From positions 290,228-354,227 of the forward strand of contig CAWAXX010000023.1 of NCBI GenBank assembly GCA_963786105.1: 64,000 nucleotides of DNA. The letters run 5' to 3'. This document shows, piece after piece, positions 9,201 through 18,816 of this stretch. How positions within the stretch are numbered: the first letter of the stretch is position 1; the number at the start of each line of letters is the position of its first letter. This stretch comes from Vulcanimicrobiota bacterium (GTDB lineage Bacteria > Vulcanimicrobiota > Vulcanimicrobiia > Vulcanimicrobiales > Vulcanimicrobiaceae). A program made the position numbers and the translations under genes. The notes under the pieces are model-generated. The model was given only the letters and a program-made list of their open reading frames with translations, searched no databases and was not told the DNA's origin.

Positions 9201-9896
9201 GTCCAGAATCCTTACTATCATGCGTCCCTGCAGCCGCTGATCGATCGGAACGCCTGGTTTACGACGTACGACGTCATTCCAACGGCGTTCAGTTCTGCCA
9301 ACGGCTTTGCCGTGCCGAACGTGGCGACGCTGGTTTTGAACTACAAGCATAACCGCTTTACCGTTACGCCGAACCTTACGTACAGTTCCGGATCGTCGTA
9401 CGGCTCGCCGCTCGTCTGGCCCGGCTACGTACCGCAGTCGTGCACGCAAAACCCCGCGCTCAATCCGGTGGCTCCCGGCGCGAGCTGCAGCGGTTCGTAC
9501 AAAAACGCGGCGGGTACGACCATCGCGCCCGGAGTGATCTTCATACCAGATCCGTACACGCATCAGTTCGACACGCTCGGGGCGTTACGCCAACCGTGGC
9601 AGCTGACCCTGAACCTGCAGGCCAGTTACGAACTCAGCGCACGCGCGACGGTGACGATGACCGCGTCGAATCTCTACAACGAGTGCTTCCAGCGCGGCTA
9701 CGCGTGGGACGATTCGAACATCTGCATGTACTCGAACCTTCCGTCGAACATCGTGGCGCCCGGGGGCAACTTCTTGCAAACGGCGCCGATCCAGCTGCGC
9801 TACCCGTACGGCCCTTGGTCGAACCAAAACGAAGTCGGATACACGGCCGTGAAGCAGCCGTTCCAGCTTACCTTCGACCTCAACTTGCGACTCTGA
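6291..9896 (+). CDS. TonB-dependent receptor with N-terminal carboxypeptidase-regulatory-like domain
   Basis: Signal peptide; TTGSLRGRVVD...PDTYTLRVEKPGY (CarboxypepD_reg-like); plug YVRGG...YEFDGVP; barrel strands NLGGRVD and SPRLAATY; amphipathic C-terminal strand FQLTFDLNLRL. Confidence 0.88.
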   Translation: MMMRWTLIVFAVVGLAVTGTVSAVASTTGSLRGRVVDAANNAPIAGAAVTAVSPSQTATTTTDGSGAFSFLALNPDTYTLRVEKPGYSPASQPGASVFADQSSTFVIALSPALKTIGRVSARSAGSLVRPGTTSDVYSVNAAGQKAAQSVAGSGSLNQAYGAIASVPGVSLPSGQQGWYQSVYVRGGDYNQVAYEFDGVPVVRQSDFAPIVTLSALGQQEVQIYTGGTPATSNSSGLAGYINQVIKTGTSPGYATADGAIGTPQFYHFLSVETGGATPDRLFSYYVGLAGADQTYRYVDQFNGESDPQYFYPLSVVSNNAVYNVTDGSCTLKHGPASCIGDPNFGATYSPGASYFQAVGFDRETVMNFHFGIPHHVDTGRDDVQLLYVTGNIETQFYSSFNDTFLGPVYPGGVPYLDSTYYNGALAQAPNPARLVTGPFPSSPTDRTFNNTTANGTPANPSLVGLNQRDGNNVGFSVEKAQYQRNFDNHSYLRVLGYAEWSDWLINGPNGAQLTFAADPAEYDVLAWIYGAGAIYSNQLGSKNLFTASLAYNTQTLATYNAEFASGGPNSRAPTGLGTILSSYVGKNGSCYNFATGALWSCFAAGSQGGIFNHPAAGCQPPQSFPYICLTPGNAPAGSPAAKAGAHWIMTEDGRAAQFDGVRPYFGSLALTDVWTPDDRLLVNLGGRVDNFRYTFDNTVSGFPARAFWFNAFNNENCGAPAQNPVSRWNGHSLGPCPAGFSPMTDPGVGLVNSVPSGSSYWVVSPRLAATYTLNQDNVLRASLGRYVRAAETSSQEINDRQQDLPDQISGFYKLGYTTPYHQNLPDSSWNYDVSWEHHLHGTNLSFKVSPFYRSTSNQVQNFAIDPATGITAAVNVGTQESSGVELSFQGGDFSKNGLSFLLSYTYTNSRIKYAPVSNGVSVLDSLNAAIEQYNSYTHACAGAAASSTVCGAGLYGGNAEPGFVNAGGVHVQNPYYHASLQPLIDRNAWFTTYDVIPTAFSSANGFAVPNVATLVLNYKHNRFTVTPNLTYSSGSSYGSPLVWPGYVPQSCTQNPALNPVAPGASCSGSYKNAAGTTIAPGVIFIPDPYTHQFDTLGALRQPWQLTLNLQASYELSARATVTMTASNLYNECFQRGYAWDDSNICMYSNLPSNIVAPGGNFLQTAPIQLRYPYGPWSNQNEVGYTAVKQPFQLTFDLNLRL

Positions 9897-9900
9897 CGAT

Positions 9901-11697
9901 GTGAAACGTCGAACGCTGCTGGGCGCGCTCGGCGCGGCGACCGCCGCGCTTCCGTTGCGCGCATTCGCGAATCTGGAGCGCGCGGATATCGTACTGCGCG
10001 GAGGGATCGTCTACACCGGCCGAAAGGACGGGCGAGTCGTCGAAGCGATCGCGGTCGGCGGAAATCGCATTCTTGCCGTCGGCTCGCGCGCAACCGTCGA
10101 CGGTTACGTCGGAGCGGCGACGCGCGTCGTGGAGCTACACGGCAGAATGGTTCTGCCGGGAATCATCGACACCCACACGCACTTCGTCAGCGGGAGCCTG
10201 GCGCGTTCGCAAGTGGCCCTAGACGACGCGATGACGCCCGCCGAAGTGCGAAGGCGAATTGCGGCCTACGCGCGTTCGCATCCGGGCGAAACCTGGATTC
10301 TCGGCGGCAACTGGCAGTATGACGCGTTTCCGCCTAGCGGCCTGCCGGCCAAGGAACTGCTCGATGCGGTCGTGCCGAACCGGCCGGTCGCATTGGATGC
10401 GTTCGACGGCCACTCACTATGGGTGAACTCCAGAGCGCTGGCGCTCGCCGGAGTGACACGCGCCACGCCTGATCCCGTGCAGAACGGCGTCGTGCTCGGG
10501 ACGATCGTGCGCGATTGCACGACCGGCGAGCCGACCGGCGTCTTCAAAGAAGGCGCGCAACACCTGGTGCGTCGCGTAATTCCATTGCCGTCGCACGCGG
10601 CCGTCACGTCGGCGTTGGAAGGTGGAATGCGAGCGGCCAACGCTCGCGGCGTAACGAGCGTAATTAACGCCAGCGGCGATCTCGACGAAATGGAATTGTA
10701 CGCGACCTTGCACGAGCGCGGACTTTTGACGGTGCGCACTACGACGTCGTACTCCGCCGGCGCCGGCACGCGGCACACGCTGTCGCCGGGGGAGCTCGAC
10801 GCATTTGAAACCGCCCGCGCTCGATACGCGGGCGACTGGGTGCGCGCCGGAATCGTCAAGTTCTTCATGGACGGCGTCGTGGAAACGTACACGGCCGACA
10901 TGCTCGCGCCCTATGCGGGCACCACGGTGCGCGGCGAGCCGTACTATCTCGCGGACCGGTATGCGGCGATGCTCGTCGAGCTCGATCGCCGGGATTTCGT
11001 CGTCATGACGCACGCCATCGGCGACGGCGCCGTGCGCGCGACCCTCGACGGATATGCAGCGGTGGTGGCTGCCAACGGCATGCGCGACCGGCGCTGGCGC
11101 ATCGAGCACATCGAAGTGTGCGATCCGAAAGACGTGCCGCGTTTCGCGCAGCTCGGAGTCATCGCGTCGATGCAGCCCTATCATTTCTGCTGTCCCGCTC
11201 CGGATGGCAGCGACACGTGGGATCGCCATCTCGGAGCGGCACGCTGGCCCGAAGGATTCGTCTGGCGCGACATCGTTGACGCGGGCGCGGTCATGGTGCA
11301 TGGGAGCGACTGGCCGGTGGTGACCATCGATCCGCTCGTCGGCATCTATTCCGCACTGACTCGCGAGGATCCCCACGGCGATCCGAAGGGCGGATGGTTT
11401 CCCAAACAGCGGTTGACGTTCGAGGAAGCCGTGGCCGGTTACACGCGAAATGCCGCCTATGCCGCGTTCATGGAAGACCGGCTCGGCACACTCGATGCCG
11501 GCAAGCTTGCGGATCTCGTCGTGCTGAGCTCCGACTTGCGAACGATCGCTCCGGCCGACGTATTAACAACGCAGATCGACATGACGGTTGCCGGCGGGCG
11601 CGTCGTGTACGAAGGCGGCCCGGCGCCCGACCGCGCCGCCGAACTACCGCGGCGCGCCGGCGCGGCGTGTGCCTGCCGGCGCTTCGTCGCGTCCTAA
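9901..11697 (+). CDS. Tat-exported YtcJ-like metal-dependent amidohydrolase
   Basis: KRRTLL twin-arginine signal; PGIIDTHTH, KFFMDG, THAIGD, RIEH, GSDWPV, GKLADLVVL. Confidence 0.9.
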   Translation: MKRRTLLGALGAATAALPLRAFANLERADIVLRGGIVYTGRKDGRVVEAIAVGGNRILAVGSRATVDGYVGAATRVVELHGRMVLPGIIDTHTHFVSGSLARSQVALDDAMTPAEVRRRIAAYARSHPGETWILGGNWQYDAFPPSGLPAKELLDAVVPNRPVALDAFDGHSLWVNSRALALAGVTRATPDPVQNGVVLGTIVRDCTTGEPTGVFKEGAQHLVRRVIPLPSHAAVTSALEGGMRAANARGVTSVINASGDLDEMELYATLHERGLLTVRTTTSYSAGAGTRHTLSPGELDAFETARARYAGDWVRAGIVKFFMDGVVETYTADMLAPYAGTTVRGEPYYLADRYAAMLVELDRRDFVVMTHAIGDGAVRATLDGYAAVVAANGMRDRRWRIEHIEVCDPKDVPRFAQLGVIASMQPYHFCCPAPDGSDTWDRHLGAARWPEGFVWRDIVDAGAVMVHGSDWPVVTIDPLVGIYSALTREDPHGDPKGGWFPKQRLTFEEAVAGYTRNAAYAAFMEDRLGTLDAGKLADLVVLSSDLRTIAPADVLTTQIDMTVAGGRVVYEGGPAPDRAAELPRRAGAACACRRFVAS

Positions 11698-12579
11698 AGC
11701 CTGAACCGCTTGACGGCGTTGTTATAGGTGTCGGCGACGTAGACGTAGCCGTGCAAATCCAGCGCGACGCCCTCCGGATTATGAAATCCGGAGCCGAGTG
11801 TGACGATCTGGCCGTCGGGCGTGACCTTCTTGATCGCATCGTTCCCCGAGTCGGCCACGTAAAGGTTGCCGGCGGGGTCCACCGCGAGACCCGCCGGATG
11901 GTTGAATCCCGACCCGATGACCGTCGTCACACCCGCCGGCGTTACTTTTTCGACGGCGTTCGAAAACGAGTTGGAAACGTAAACGTTGTTCAGCGCATCG
12001 ACGGCGATGCCGGCCGGAGCGTTGAGCACTTTGCCGATCCTTATGATCTGCCCGTTGGCTTTGATTTTCTTGGCTGAAATTGTTGCCGGTGTCGGCGACG
12101 AAGACGTCGCCATGGCCGTCGAGGGCAACGCCTTGCGGCAAATAGAACCCCCTTCCGATCTTGACGTACCCGCCCTTCGGCGGATACATCCGGACCGGCG
12201 CGACGCGCATCAGCGCGCAACCGACGTAGACGTCGTCGTTCGAGTCGACGGCCACGCCATATGGCAGCTTGAGCTCGCTGGCGATCGTGGTGATAACGCC
12301 GTTCGGCGTCACTTTCTTAAGGTCGCCGTTTCCGCCGTCGGCCACGAACACATTTCCGCTCGCGTCGACGGCGACGCCGCGAGGAAGTTTGAATCCGGAG
12401 CCGATCTGGACGGGCACGCTCGGATGCATGCCGTCCGTCGTCACGCTGCCTGGTGGTAAGCCGGCGCCGGCCGGCGACGTCGGGCCGCCGGATGCGCAAG
12501 CCGCCATTGCCATGATTGCGCCGAGCGGTAGCGCCCGGCGTGCGATCTGAGCACAAAGGAAAGTAAAACGGTGGTTCAT
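11694..12579 (-). pseudogene. NHL-repeat beta-propeller lipoprotein, split by a +1 frameshift near 12077-12079 (possibly a sequencing error)
   Basis: Lipobox MAAC; repeats PxGVAVD...VFVAD continue across two frames. Removing one T from aaTTTcagcc restores ADTGNNSAKKIKANG. Confidence 0.75.
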
Positions 12580-12733
12580 CGTCCAATCACCTCTATTGAC
12601 GCGTGTTCTTCGTTTTTGACGCCCTGCTCTTCGGCGCAAGCAGCCTCTCACCTGGCTGCCAAGCCGGCCGCCGGTCGACGGATATCCCCGGCGCGTCGCA
12701 AAACCAGCGTCGACGGAGGAAATCGTAAAGAAG

Positions 12734-13084
12734 ATGACCGCGAAGCACATTGCGTTCGTAATGTATCCGGTTGCCGATCTGCAACGCGCGGTCGCATTCT
12801 ATCGCGACGTTCTTGGATTCGAGAAGAGCGGCATAGATGGGGACTCTTGGGTCGAGTTCGACGTCGCCGGCGTGACGTTTGGGCTTGGTAACTTCGAGCA
12901 AGTCGGTAAGCCGGGCACGGCGCAGTCGCTAGCGATCGAAGTGGACGACATGGCGGCGGCACGCGCGGAACTCGCCCGGCGCGGCGTCGAGTCCACCGAC
13001 CCGTTCGAAACGCCGGTCTGTTTTATTTCGATCCTGCACGATCCCGACGGCAATTCCGTCGTGCTCCACCAGGCCAAAGGGTAG
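12734..13084 (+). CDS. VOC/glyoxalase-family protein
   Basis: VADLQRAVAFYRDVLGF, LAIEVDD, LHDPDGN. Confidence 0.9.
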   Translation: MTAKHIAFVMYPVADLQRAVAFYRDVLGFEKSGIDGDSWVEFDVAGVTFGLGNFEQVGKPGTAQSLAIEVDDMAAARAELARRGVESTDPFETPVCFISILHDPDGNSVVLHQAKG

Positions 13085-13109
13085 CGACGCGGCTTTGGTA
13101 AGGCGAAGG

Positions 13110-13188
13110 TCCTTCGTCCTTCGACTGCGCGCCTGCGGCGCTCCGCTCAGGATGACACAGTTAGCGCGGCTCCGCTCAGGATGACACA
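13110..13188. repeat. REP-like (TGTCATCCTGAG-type) intergenic repeat, copy 1
   Basis: tccttcgactgcgc, then ctccgctcaggatgacaca twice (13141-13159, 13170-13188); the same units recur at 29276-29380. Confidence 0.75.
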
Positions 13189-13195
13189 GGCCAAC

Positions 13196-14587
13196 TTACT
13201 CGCTGTCGATGGGTAGGTTCGATTCGGGCTCGTGCATGATTTGGTTCAGCGAGCGTTCTGCCGGAATCGGCGCGAACGCGCGCGGTTTCTGCTTGAAACT
13301 AAACATGTTCCCGATCGATGTCGCGCGCTGGTCGGTCGTTCCGAGAGAGCCCAGGCCGAACGTGCCTTCGATGAACTTCAAGATGCTACCGAACTCGTAC
13401 TGGGTGTGCGAGATCGTTCCGGCGGCGACGTAAGGGGAAACGACGATCATGGGGACGCGGAATCCCAGACCGCCGGCACGATCCAAGAACGGCGGGGGCT
13501 CGTGGTCGTAGAATCCGCCCCAGTCGTCCCAGACGATGATGATCGCGGTGGAGTTCCAGTACGAGCTGCCGCCGACCGCGTTGGCGATTTGCGCAACCCA
13601 CGACGGCCCGTAGTCGGGAGTGCCTTTACCGTTGGGATGATCGGAGTGCGGTTGGTCCGGAATGACCCACGACATCGCGGGCAACTTTCCGTTCTTGATG
13701 TCGGCGATCACGTTTTTTTCGGGCATCGAGACGTTCGTATTCCATTCGGAGCCGTGTCGGACCGCGTCGATGGCCGCAAACGCATTCCAAAGCGCCCCGG
13801 CAGTGGCGCTAACATATTTCGGCGCATAATACTTCCACGACACGCCCTTCTTGTCGAGGAGATCCCGCAGCGTGCCGGTGGGGTAGGTCAGGCACGGAAA
13901 CGGCCCGGACGTATCGATCGGAATCGGATAGCTGCCGTTCCACTGCGTGATGGGCGTCGTCGTGCCTTTCGGCGCGTCGCAGCCCCAACTGGTCCAATCC
14001 TGCCACGGATAGTCGATGAGACTTCCCGTGAGGCTGCCGAACGTGCCCGCCGTCGTGCCTGCGATGAGATCTTGATGGGCCGTAAAACTGCCGCTACCTT
14101 GGGTTTGAAACAAATGATCGGCGAGACCGTACTGTTGCGCCAACGCCCAGTACGGTTTGATCTTCGAGGGGTTCACGTACTGATACGGGTAGTTGCCGGC
14201 TTGATTGTTGCCGTTGATGCCCTCGAGGTTAAAACCATCCATCTTGCCGTTGTCGTACGCGGCCCAAAACTGTTTATACGAATGGTTGATGTCGAGTGCG
14301 CCGGCGAGATTGACTTTGGCGAGCGGAACGATCTGGCCCTTGGAGTTCTTCCCGCTCGTCGCGCCGTCGGCGCCGGGAAACGTCGCGAAGAGATTGTCGA
14401 AGCTGCGATTCTCTTGAACGATCAGGACGATGTGTTTGATCGAGCCGCTGCTGCCATTCGCGCGGGTGGCCGGCGTCTCGCCCGCCGGCGCGAAAGCCGC
14501 GCCCGCCCCGCCATTCGAGCAACCGGCAAGCGCGAACGCGGCGGCGATCGCGGCGGATGCAAGCGTACGCAAAGACCTCACGAGCAA
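13196..14587 (-). CDS. Lipoprotein phosphoesterase (phospholipase C/AcpA family), paralog 1
   Basis: Lipobox [39 protein letters not shown]. Confidence 0.9.
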   Translation of the reverse strand: MLVRSLRTLASAAIAAAFALAGCSNGGAGAAFAPAGETPATRANGSSGSIKHIVLIVQENRSFDNLFATFPGADGATSGKNSKGQIVPLAKVNLAGALDINHSYKQFWAAYDNGKMDGFNLEGINGNNQAGNYPYQYVNPSKIKPYWALAQQYGLADHLFQTQGSGSFTAHQDLIAGTTAGTFGSLTGSLIDYPWQDWTSWGCDAPKGTTTPITQWNGSYPIPIDTSGPFPCLTYPTGTLRDLLDKKGVSWKYYAPKYVSATAGALWNAFAAIDAVRHGSEWNTNVSMPEKNVIADIKNGKLPAMSWVIPDQPHSDHPNGKGTPDYGPSWVAQIANAVGGSSYWNSTAIIIVWDDWGGFYDHEPPPFLDRAGGLGFRVPMIVVSPYVAAGTISHTQYEFGSILKFIEGTFGLGSLGTTDQRATSIGNMFSFKQKPRAFAPIPAERSLNQIMHEPESNLPIDSE

Positions 14588-14641
14588 AACCTTCCACGCG
14601 ACAAATGAATATGCATTTTGGTGACCGCAGTCATTCTCGAC

Positions 14642-16021
14642 TTAACGACTGTCGGGAGCACGCGGATCGAGCGGCTCGCGCTCGAAATCGGTTCGTGTGA
14701 GACGTGCGGGTATCGGATTGAAGGAGCGCGGCGGCTTCGAGAAGTCGAAGCAATCGTTTGCCGGAGAGCTTGCGCGCGCGTCGGTAGCGGCAAGGCGTGC
14801 GAGCCCAAACTGGTCCTCGACGAAGCGAAGTATGCTGCCGTGCTCGTATTGCACGTGAGAAACGTAACCTTGCTTCGCGTAGGCGGAAACCACGATCAGG
14901 GGGACGCGAATTCCGAGGCCGTCGTAATCCTCGAGCGGCGGCGGAACGTGATCGTACCAGCCGCCGTAGTCGTCCCAAAAGACGAAGATCGCCGTCGACT
15001 TCCAATACTGCGACTTGCCGACGGCATTAACCAGCGAAGCGACCCAATGCGGTCCGTGATTGGAATCGCAGCTGGCGTGGTCGGAGTTCGCGCAGCTCGG
15101 CGTCACCCAGCTAACCGCGGGCAGTTTCCCTGCGCTGACGTCTTTGAAAAAACGCGTCTGCGGACTGACGACGTCCGTATTCCAATCGGGACCGTTACGG
15201 ATGTGATCGATTGCTTGGTAGGCGCTCCAGATACCGCTTGCCGGATCGTTCACGCTCGACGTGTAGTAGTGCCACGAAACTCCGGTCGCGTCGAGCTCGT
15301 CGCCGAGAGTGTTGTTGTCGAGGCACGGTGAGATGTCGTGGCCATAGGTTCGTTGCGCCGTCACCGTTGGAAGAACGTCGTGCGGGCCGCCCCCGCAACC
15401 CCACAACCCCGAGGGAAAGTCTACGGCGGAGCTCGACTGACCCGCGATGATATATTGGTGCGAAACGAAACTGCTCGCGTCGAAGTTCGACGCGAACATC
15501 CGGTCGGCCAGCACGTATTGTTTGGCCATGGCAAAGTACGGCTTGGTTTCGCTCTTCGGCACGTAACCGTACTGAGAATCCGGCTTTGGGCACTTCGAGG
15601 GACCGCCGCCTTTTCCGCAGCTCATCGCCTCCTTGTCGAAGCCGTCCATCTTGCAGCCGGTACCCGGCAGGCTTCCTTGACCGTCGCAGGCGGCGAAATA
15701 GCTCTTCGAGTCGTGATCGATGTCCCACGGAGCTTCCAGACCGAACGGCGCGAGTGCGAGTTTTTGGCCCGTGCTGGTGTAGCCGAACGACTGCACGTCC
15801 GCACCGGGAAAGCCTTGGAAAAGATTGTCGAAGCTGCGGTTTTCTTGAACGATGATAACGACGTGCGATATCTTGCCGCTCGCACCGCGACGATTTGTGC
15901 CCGCGTCGCCGGCGCGCTGCGTGGCGTTTGCGCTCGTCGTCCCCACGGGCGCTATTCCGCCGCTAACTCCGGCGCAAGCCGATAGAGACAAGGCCAACGC
16001 CGCGGCGGCGAGTCTATTCAT
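14642..16021 (-). CDS. Lipoprotein phosphoesterase, paralog 2
   Basis: ATG 16021 (MNRLAAAALALSLSAC) overlaps the end of the upstream paralog; [29 protein letters not shown]. Confidence 0.9.
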   Translation of the reverse strand: MNRLAAAALALSLSACAGVSGGIAPVGTTSANATQRAGDAGTNRRGASGKISHVVIIVQENRSFDNLFQGFPGADVQSFGYTSTGQKLALAPFGLEAPWDIDHDSKSYFAACDGQGSLPGTGCKMDGFDKEAMSCGKGGGPSKCPKPDSQYGYVPKSETKPYFAMAKQYVLADRMFASNFDASSFVSHQYIIAGQSSSAVDFPSGLWGCGGGPHDVLPTVTAQRTYGHDISPCLDNNTLGDELDATGVSWHYYTSSVNDPASGIWSAYQAIDHIRNGPDWNTDVVSPQTRFFKDVSAGKLPAVSWVTPSCANSDHASCDSNHGPHWVASLVNAVGKSQYWKSTAIFVFWDDYGGWYDHVPPPLEDYDGLGIRVPLIVVSAYAKQGYVSHVQYEHGSILRFVEDQFGLARLAATDARASSPANDCFDFSKPPRSFNPIPARLTRTDFEREPLDPRAPDSR

Positions 16022-17384
16022 CGTCGGTTGGACGGCCATCGAAGGGCTCGCTTTCGAAATCGGCCGGCTTGAGCTTTTCGGGTATCGGAACGAACGAGCG
16101 CGGCCGTTGAGAAAAATCGAAACAATCCTTTTCCGGCGAACTGGCGCGTACGTCGGTGGCGGCCAGCCGCGGCAACCCAAACTGATCCTCAACGAATTTG
16201 AGAATGCTGCCGTGCTCGTATTGAACGTGGGAGACGTAGCCTTTTTTTGCGTACGGCGAGATCACGAGCAACGGGACGCGGATACCGAGCCCGTCGTAGT
16301 CGGCGAGCGGCGGCGGGACGTGGTCGTACCAGCCGCCGTAGTCGTCCCAGAAGACGAAGATGGCGGTGGAATCCCAATACGGGGAGTTGCCGACGGCGTT
16401 CACGAGCGAGGCAACCCAGTGGGGTCCGCGGTTGGAGCCGCAGCCGGAGTGATCGGAATTGCCGCAGGTCGGGGTAATCCAACTGACCGCGGGCAGCGCG
16501 CCGCGAGCAACGTCCTTGAAGAAGCGCGTCTGCGGGGAAATGACGTTCGTTTTCCAGTCGGGCCCGTAGCGAATGTGTTTGATGGCCTGGTACGCGCTCC
16601 ACATACTGCCCTGCCCGTTCGCGAGACTCGACGTATAGTAGTGCCAGGAGATGCCGGCGGTATCGAGTTCGTCGCCGAGGGTTTGACTTTCGAAACACGC
16701 TTGAATCTTGCTTCCATACGTCCGCTGTTGCGTCAGCGTGCCGATGGTGTCTTTGGGACCGCCGTCGCAGCCCCATGTCGGGGTCGACGGAAAGTCCACG
16801 CTGGAGCTCGCCTGACCGGCGATGGCATACTGATGCGAAACGAAGCTGCTGCCGTCGAAGTTCGAGGCAAACATTTCGTCGGCCAACACATATTGTGCGG
16901 CCATGGCAAAATACGGCTTCGTCTCGTTCTTAGGAACGTAGCCGTATTGCGGGTTGGCGTTAGGGCAACGCGGGCCGCCGATGGGGCGGCCACAGCTGAC
17001 CAACTCCTTGTCGAAGCCGTCCATCTTGCAATTCGTGCCTGGGTAGGTTCCTTGCCCATCGCACGCGTCGAAGAACTCTTGCGAACTGTGCTTGATGTCC
17101 CAGCCGGCGTCGAGACCGATCGGGGCGAGGGACACTCTCTTTCCGGCACTGGTGTAGCCGTACGACTGCGTGTCGGCGCCGCGAAAACCTTGGAAGAGAT
17201 CGTCGACGCTGCGGTTTTCTTGAATGATGATGACGACGTGCGAAATCTTGCCGCCGGCATGACGCAACCGGTTAGCATGAAGGTTCGCCGCCGACGGCGG
17301 CCCGCCAAGTCCGGAGCAGGCGCTCAGCCACAGCGCCCACGTTACCAGGGTAAACGTTCGGCCGGCGGCGAGGATACTTCGCAT
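16014..17384 (-). CDS. Lipoprotein phosphoesterase, paralog 3
   Basis: Lipobox LSAC; variant [29 protein letters not shown]. Confidence 0.9.
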   Translation of the reverse strand: MRSILAAGRTFTLVTWALWLSACSGLGGPPSAANLHANRLRHAGGKISHVVIIIQENRSVDDLFQGFRGADTQSYGYTSAGKRVSLAPIGLDAGWDIKHSSQEFFDACDGQGTYPGTNCKMDGFDKELVSCGRPIGGPRCPNANPQYGYVPKNETKPYFAMAAQYVLADEMFASNFDGSSFVSHQYAIAGQASSSVDFPSTPTWGCDGGPKDTIGTLTQQRTYGSKIQACFESQTLGDELDTAGISWHYYTSSLANGQGSMWSAYQAIKHIRYGPDWKTNVISPQTRFFKDVARGALPAVSWITPTCGNSDHSGCGSNRGPHWVASLVNAVGNSPYWDSTAIFVFWDDYGGWYDHVPPPLADYDGLGIRVPLLVISPYAKKGYVSHVQYEHGSILKFVEDQFGLPRLAATDVRASSPEKDCFDFSQRPRSFVPIPEKLKPADFESEPFDGRPTDDE

Positions 17385-17399
17385 CGAGCGTCGGCGGCG

Positions 17400-18794
17400 C
17401 TATTCGTTATCGAGCGGGCGTAAGTCGGGGGGTTCGCGCTCGAAGTCGGCGGGTTTGAGCCGCGTGGGAATCGGGACGAACGCGCGCGGCTGCGCAGAGA
17501 AGTCGAAGGAGTCCTTTTCCGGCGACGTCGCGCGCCGGTCGCTGGCAGACAGACGCGCCAGGCCGAACTGGTCTTCGACGAACTTCACGATGCTGCCGTG
17601 CTCGTACTGAACGTGTGAAACCCAACCTTGCTTGGCGTACGGCGAAACGACGATCAGCGGAACGCGAATGCCGAGTCCGTCGTAGTCGACGAACGGTGGT
17701 GCGACGTGATCGTACCACCCGCCATAGTCGTCCCAGAAGATGAAGATCGCGGTCGAATCCCAATACTGCGATTCCCCCACCGCGTTCACCAACGATGCGA
17801 CCCAGTGCGGCCCGTTGTTCGTATCGCAGGTGCCGTGGTCGGAGTTCTTACACACCGGCGTTACCCAACTCACGGCCGGCAGTTTTCCGTTGGAAACGTC
17901 TTTGAAGAATCGAGTCTGCGGCGTGATGACGTTCTTTTTCCAATCCGGTCCGTAACGAATGTGTTTGATGGCCTGGTAGGCGTTCCAAATCCCGCCGAGC
18001 GCGTAGTCGTACTGCGAGGTGTAATACGCCCAGGAGATACCGGCTTTGTCGAGCTCGTCGCCGAGCGTGGTATTGTCGAAGCATACCTGGATTTTGGCGT
18101 TCAGCGCTCGTTGCTGCGTGATCGTCCAAATGGTATCCTGCGGTCCGCCGTCGCAGCCCCACGTTCCGGACACCGGATAGTCGATCGTCGAGTTCGCCTG
18201 AGCCGCGATGATGTATTGATGCGAGACGAAACTGCTCGCGTCGAAGTTGGACGTGAACATCTTGTCGCCCAGCACGTATTGCTTCGCCATCGCAACGTAG
18301 GGCTTCGTTTCGCTCGCCGGTGCGTAGCTGTATTGAGGGTGCTTATTGGGGCAGGACGGATTCACATTGCAGCTCACGGCTTCCTTATCGAAGCCGTCCA
18401 TCTTGCAGTTGGTTCCCGGAATGCTGCCCTGTCCGTCGCAGGCCTCGTAGTAGGCGGCGGACCGGTGATCGACGTCCCACCTTATGCCGATCGGAACCGG
18501 CTGCAGCGTGACTTTTTCTCCGGTGCTCGTGTACCCGTACGACTGGACGTCGGCGCCGGGAAAACCCTGGAAGAGATTGTCGAAGCTGCGGTTCTCCTGC
18601 ACGATGATGACGACGTGTTTAATTTTGCCGCTGGGCTTGTACCGAACGTTGTCGAGGACGTTCGACGGCAACGCCGGAGACGTAATGGGAAATCCGGCGC
18701 CGGCGGCGCTGCCGGCGTTTCCGCCGCACGCCGAAAGAGAGAGTCCGATCGCGGCGGCGACGATGGTTCGCAGGATGCCCGAGAGAGTTTTCAT
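17400..18794 (-). CDS. Lipoprotein phosphoesterase, paralog 4
   Basis: GAGGA RBS before ATG 18794 (alternative start 18824); lipobox LSAC; same family motifs. Confidence 0.88.
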   Translation of the reverse strand: MKTLSGILRTIVAAAIGLSLSACGGNAGSAAGAGFPITSPALPSNVLDNVRYKPSGKIKHVVIIVQENRSFDNLFQGFPGADVQSYGYTSTGEKVTLQPVPIGIRWDVDHRSAAYYEACDGQGSIPGTNCKMDGFDKEAVSCNVNPSCPNKHPQYSYAPASETKPYVAMAKQYVLGDKMFTSNFDASSFVSHQYIIAAQANSTIDYPVSGTWGCDGGPQDTIWTITQQRALNAKIQVCFDNTTLGDELDKAGISWAYYTSQYDYALGGIWNAYQAIKHIRYGPDWKKNVITPQTRFFKDVSNGKLPAVSWVTPVCKNSDHGTCDTNNGPHWVASLVNAVGESQYWDSTAIFIFWDDYGGWYDHVAPPFVDYDGLGIRVPLIVVSPYAKQGWVSHVQYEHGSIVKFVEDQFGLARLSASDRRATSPEKDSFDFSAQPRAFVPIPTRLKPADFEREPPDLRPLDNE

Positions 18795-18816
18795 GACGTG
18801 TCCTCGCATTGCGCGG

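Noticed and set aside
13110..13188. Direct repeats as a mini CRISPR array (also 29276-29380)
   Set aside because: Only 2-3 short units with roughly 6-10 nt spacers, and no cas genes in the window.
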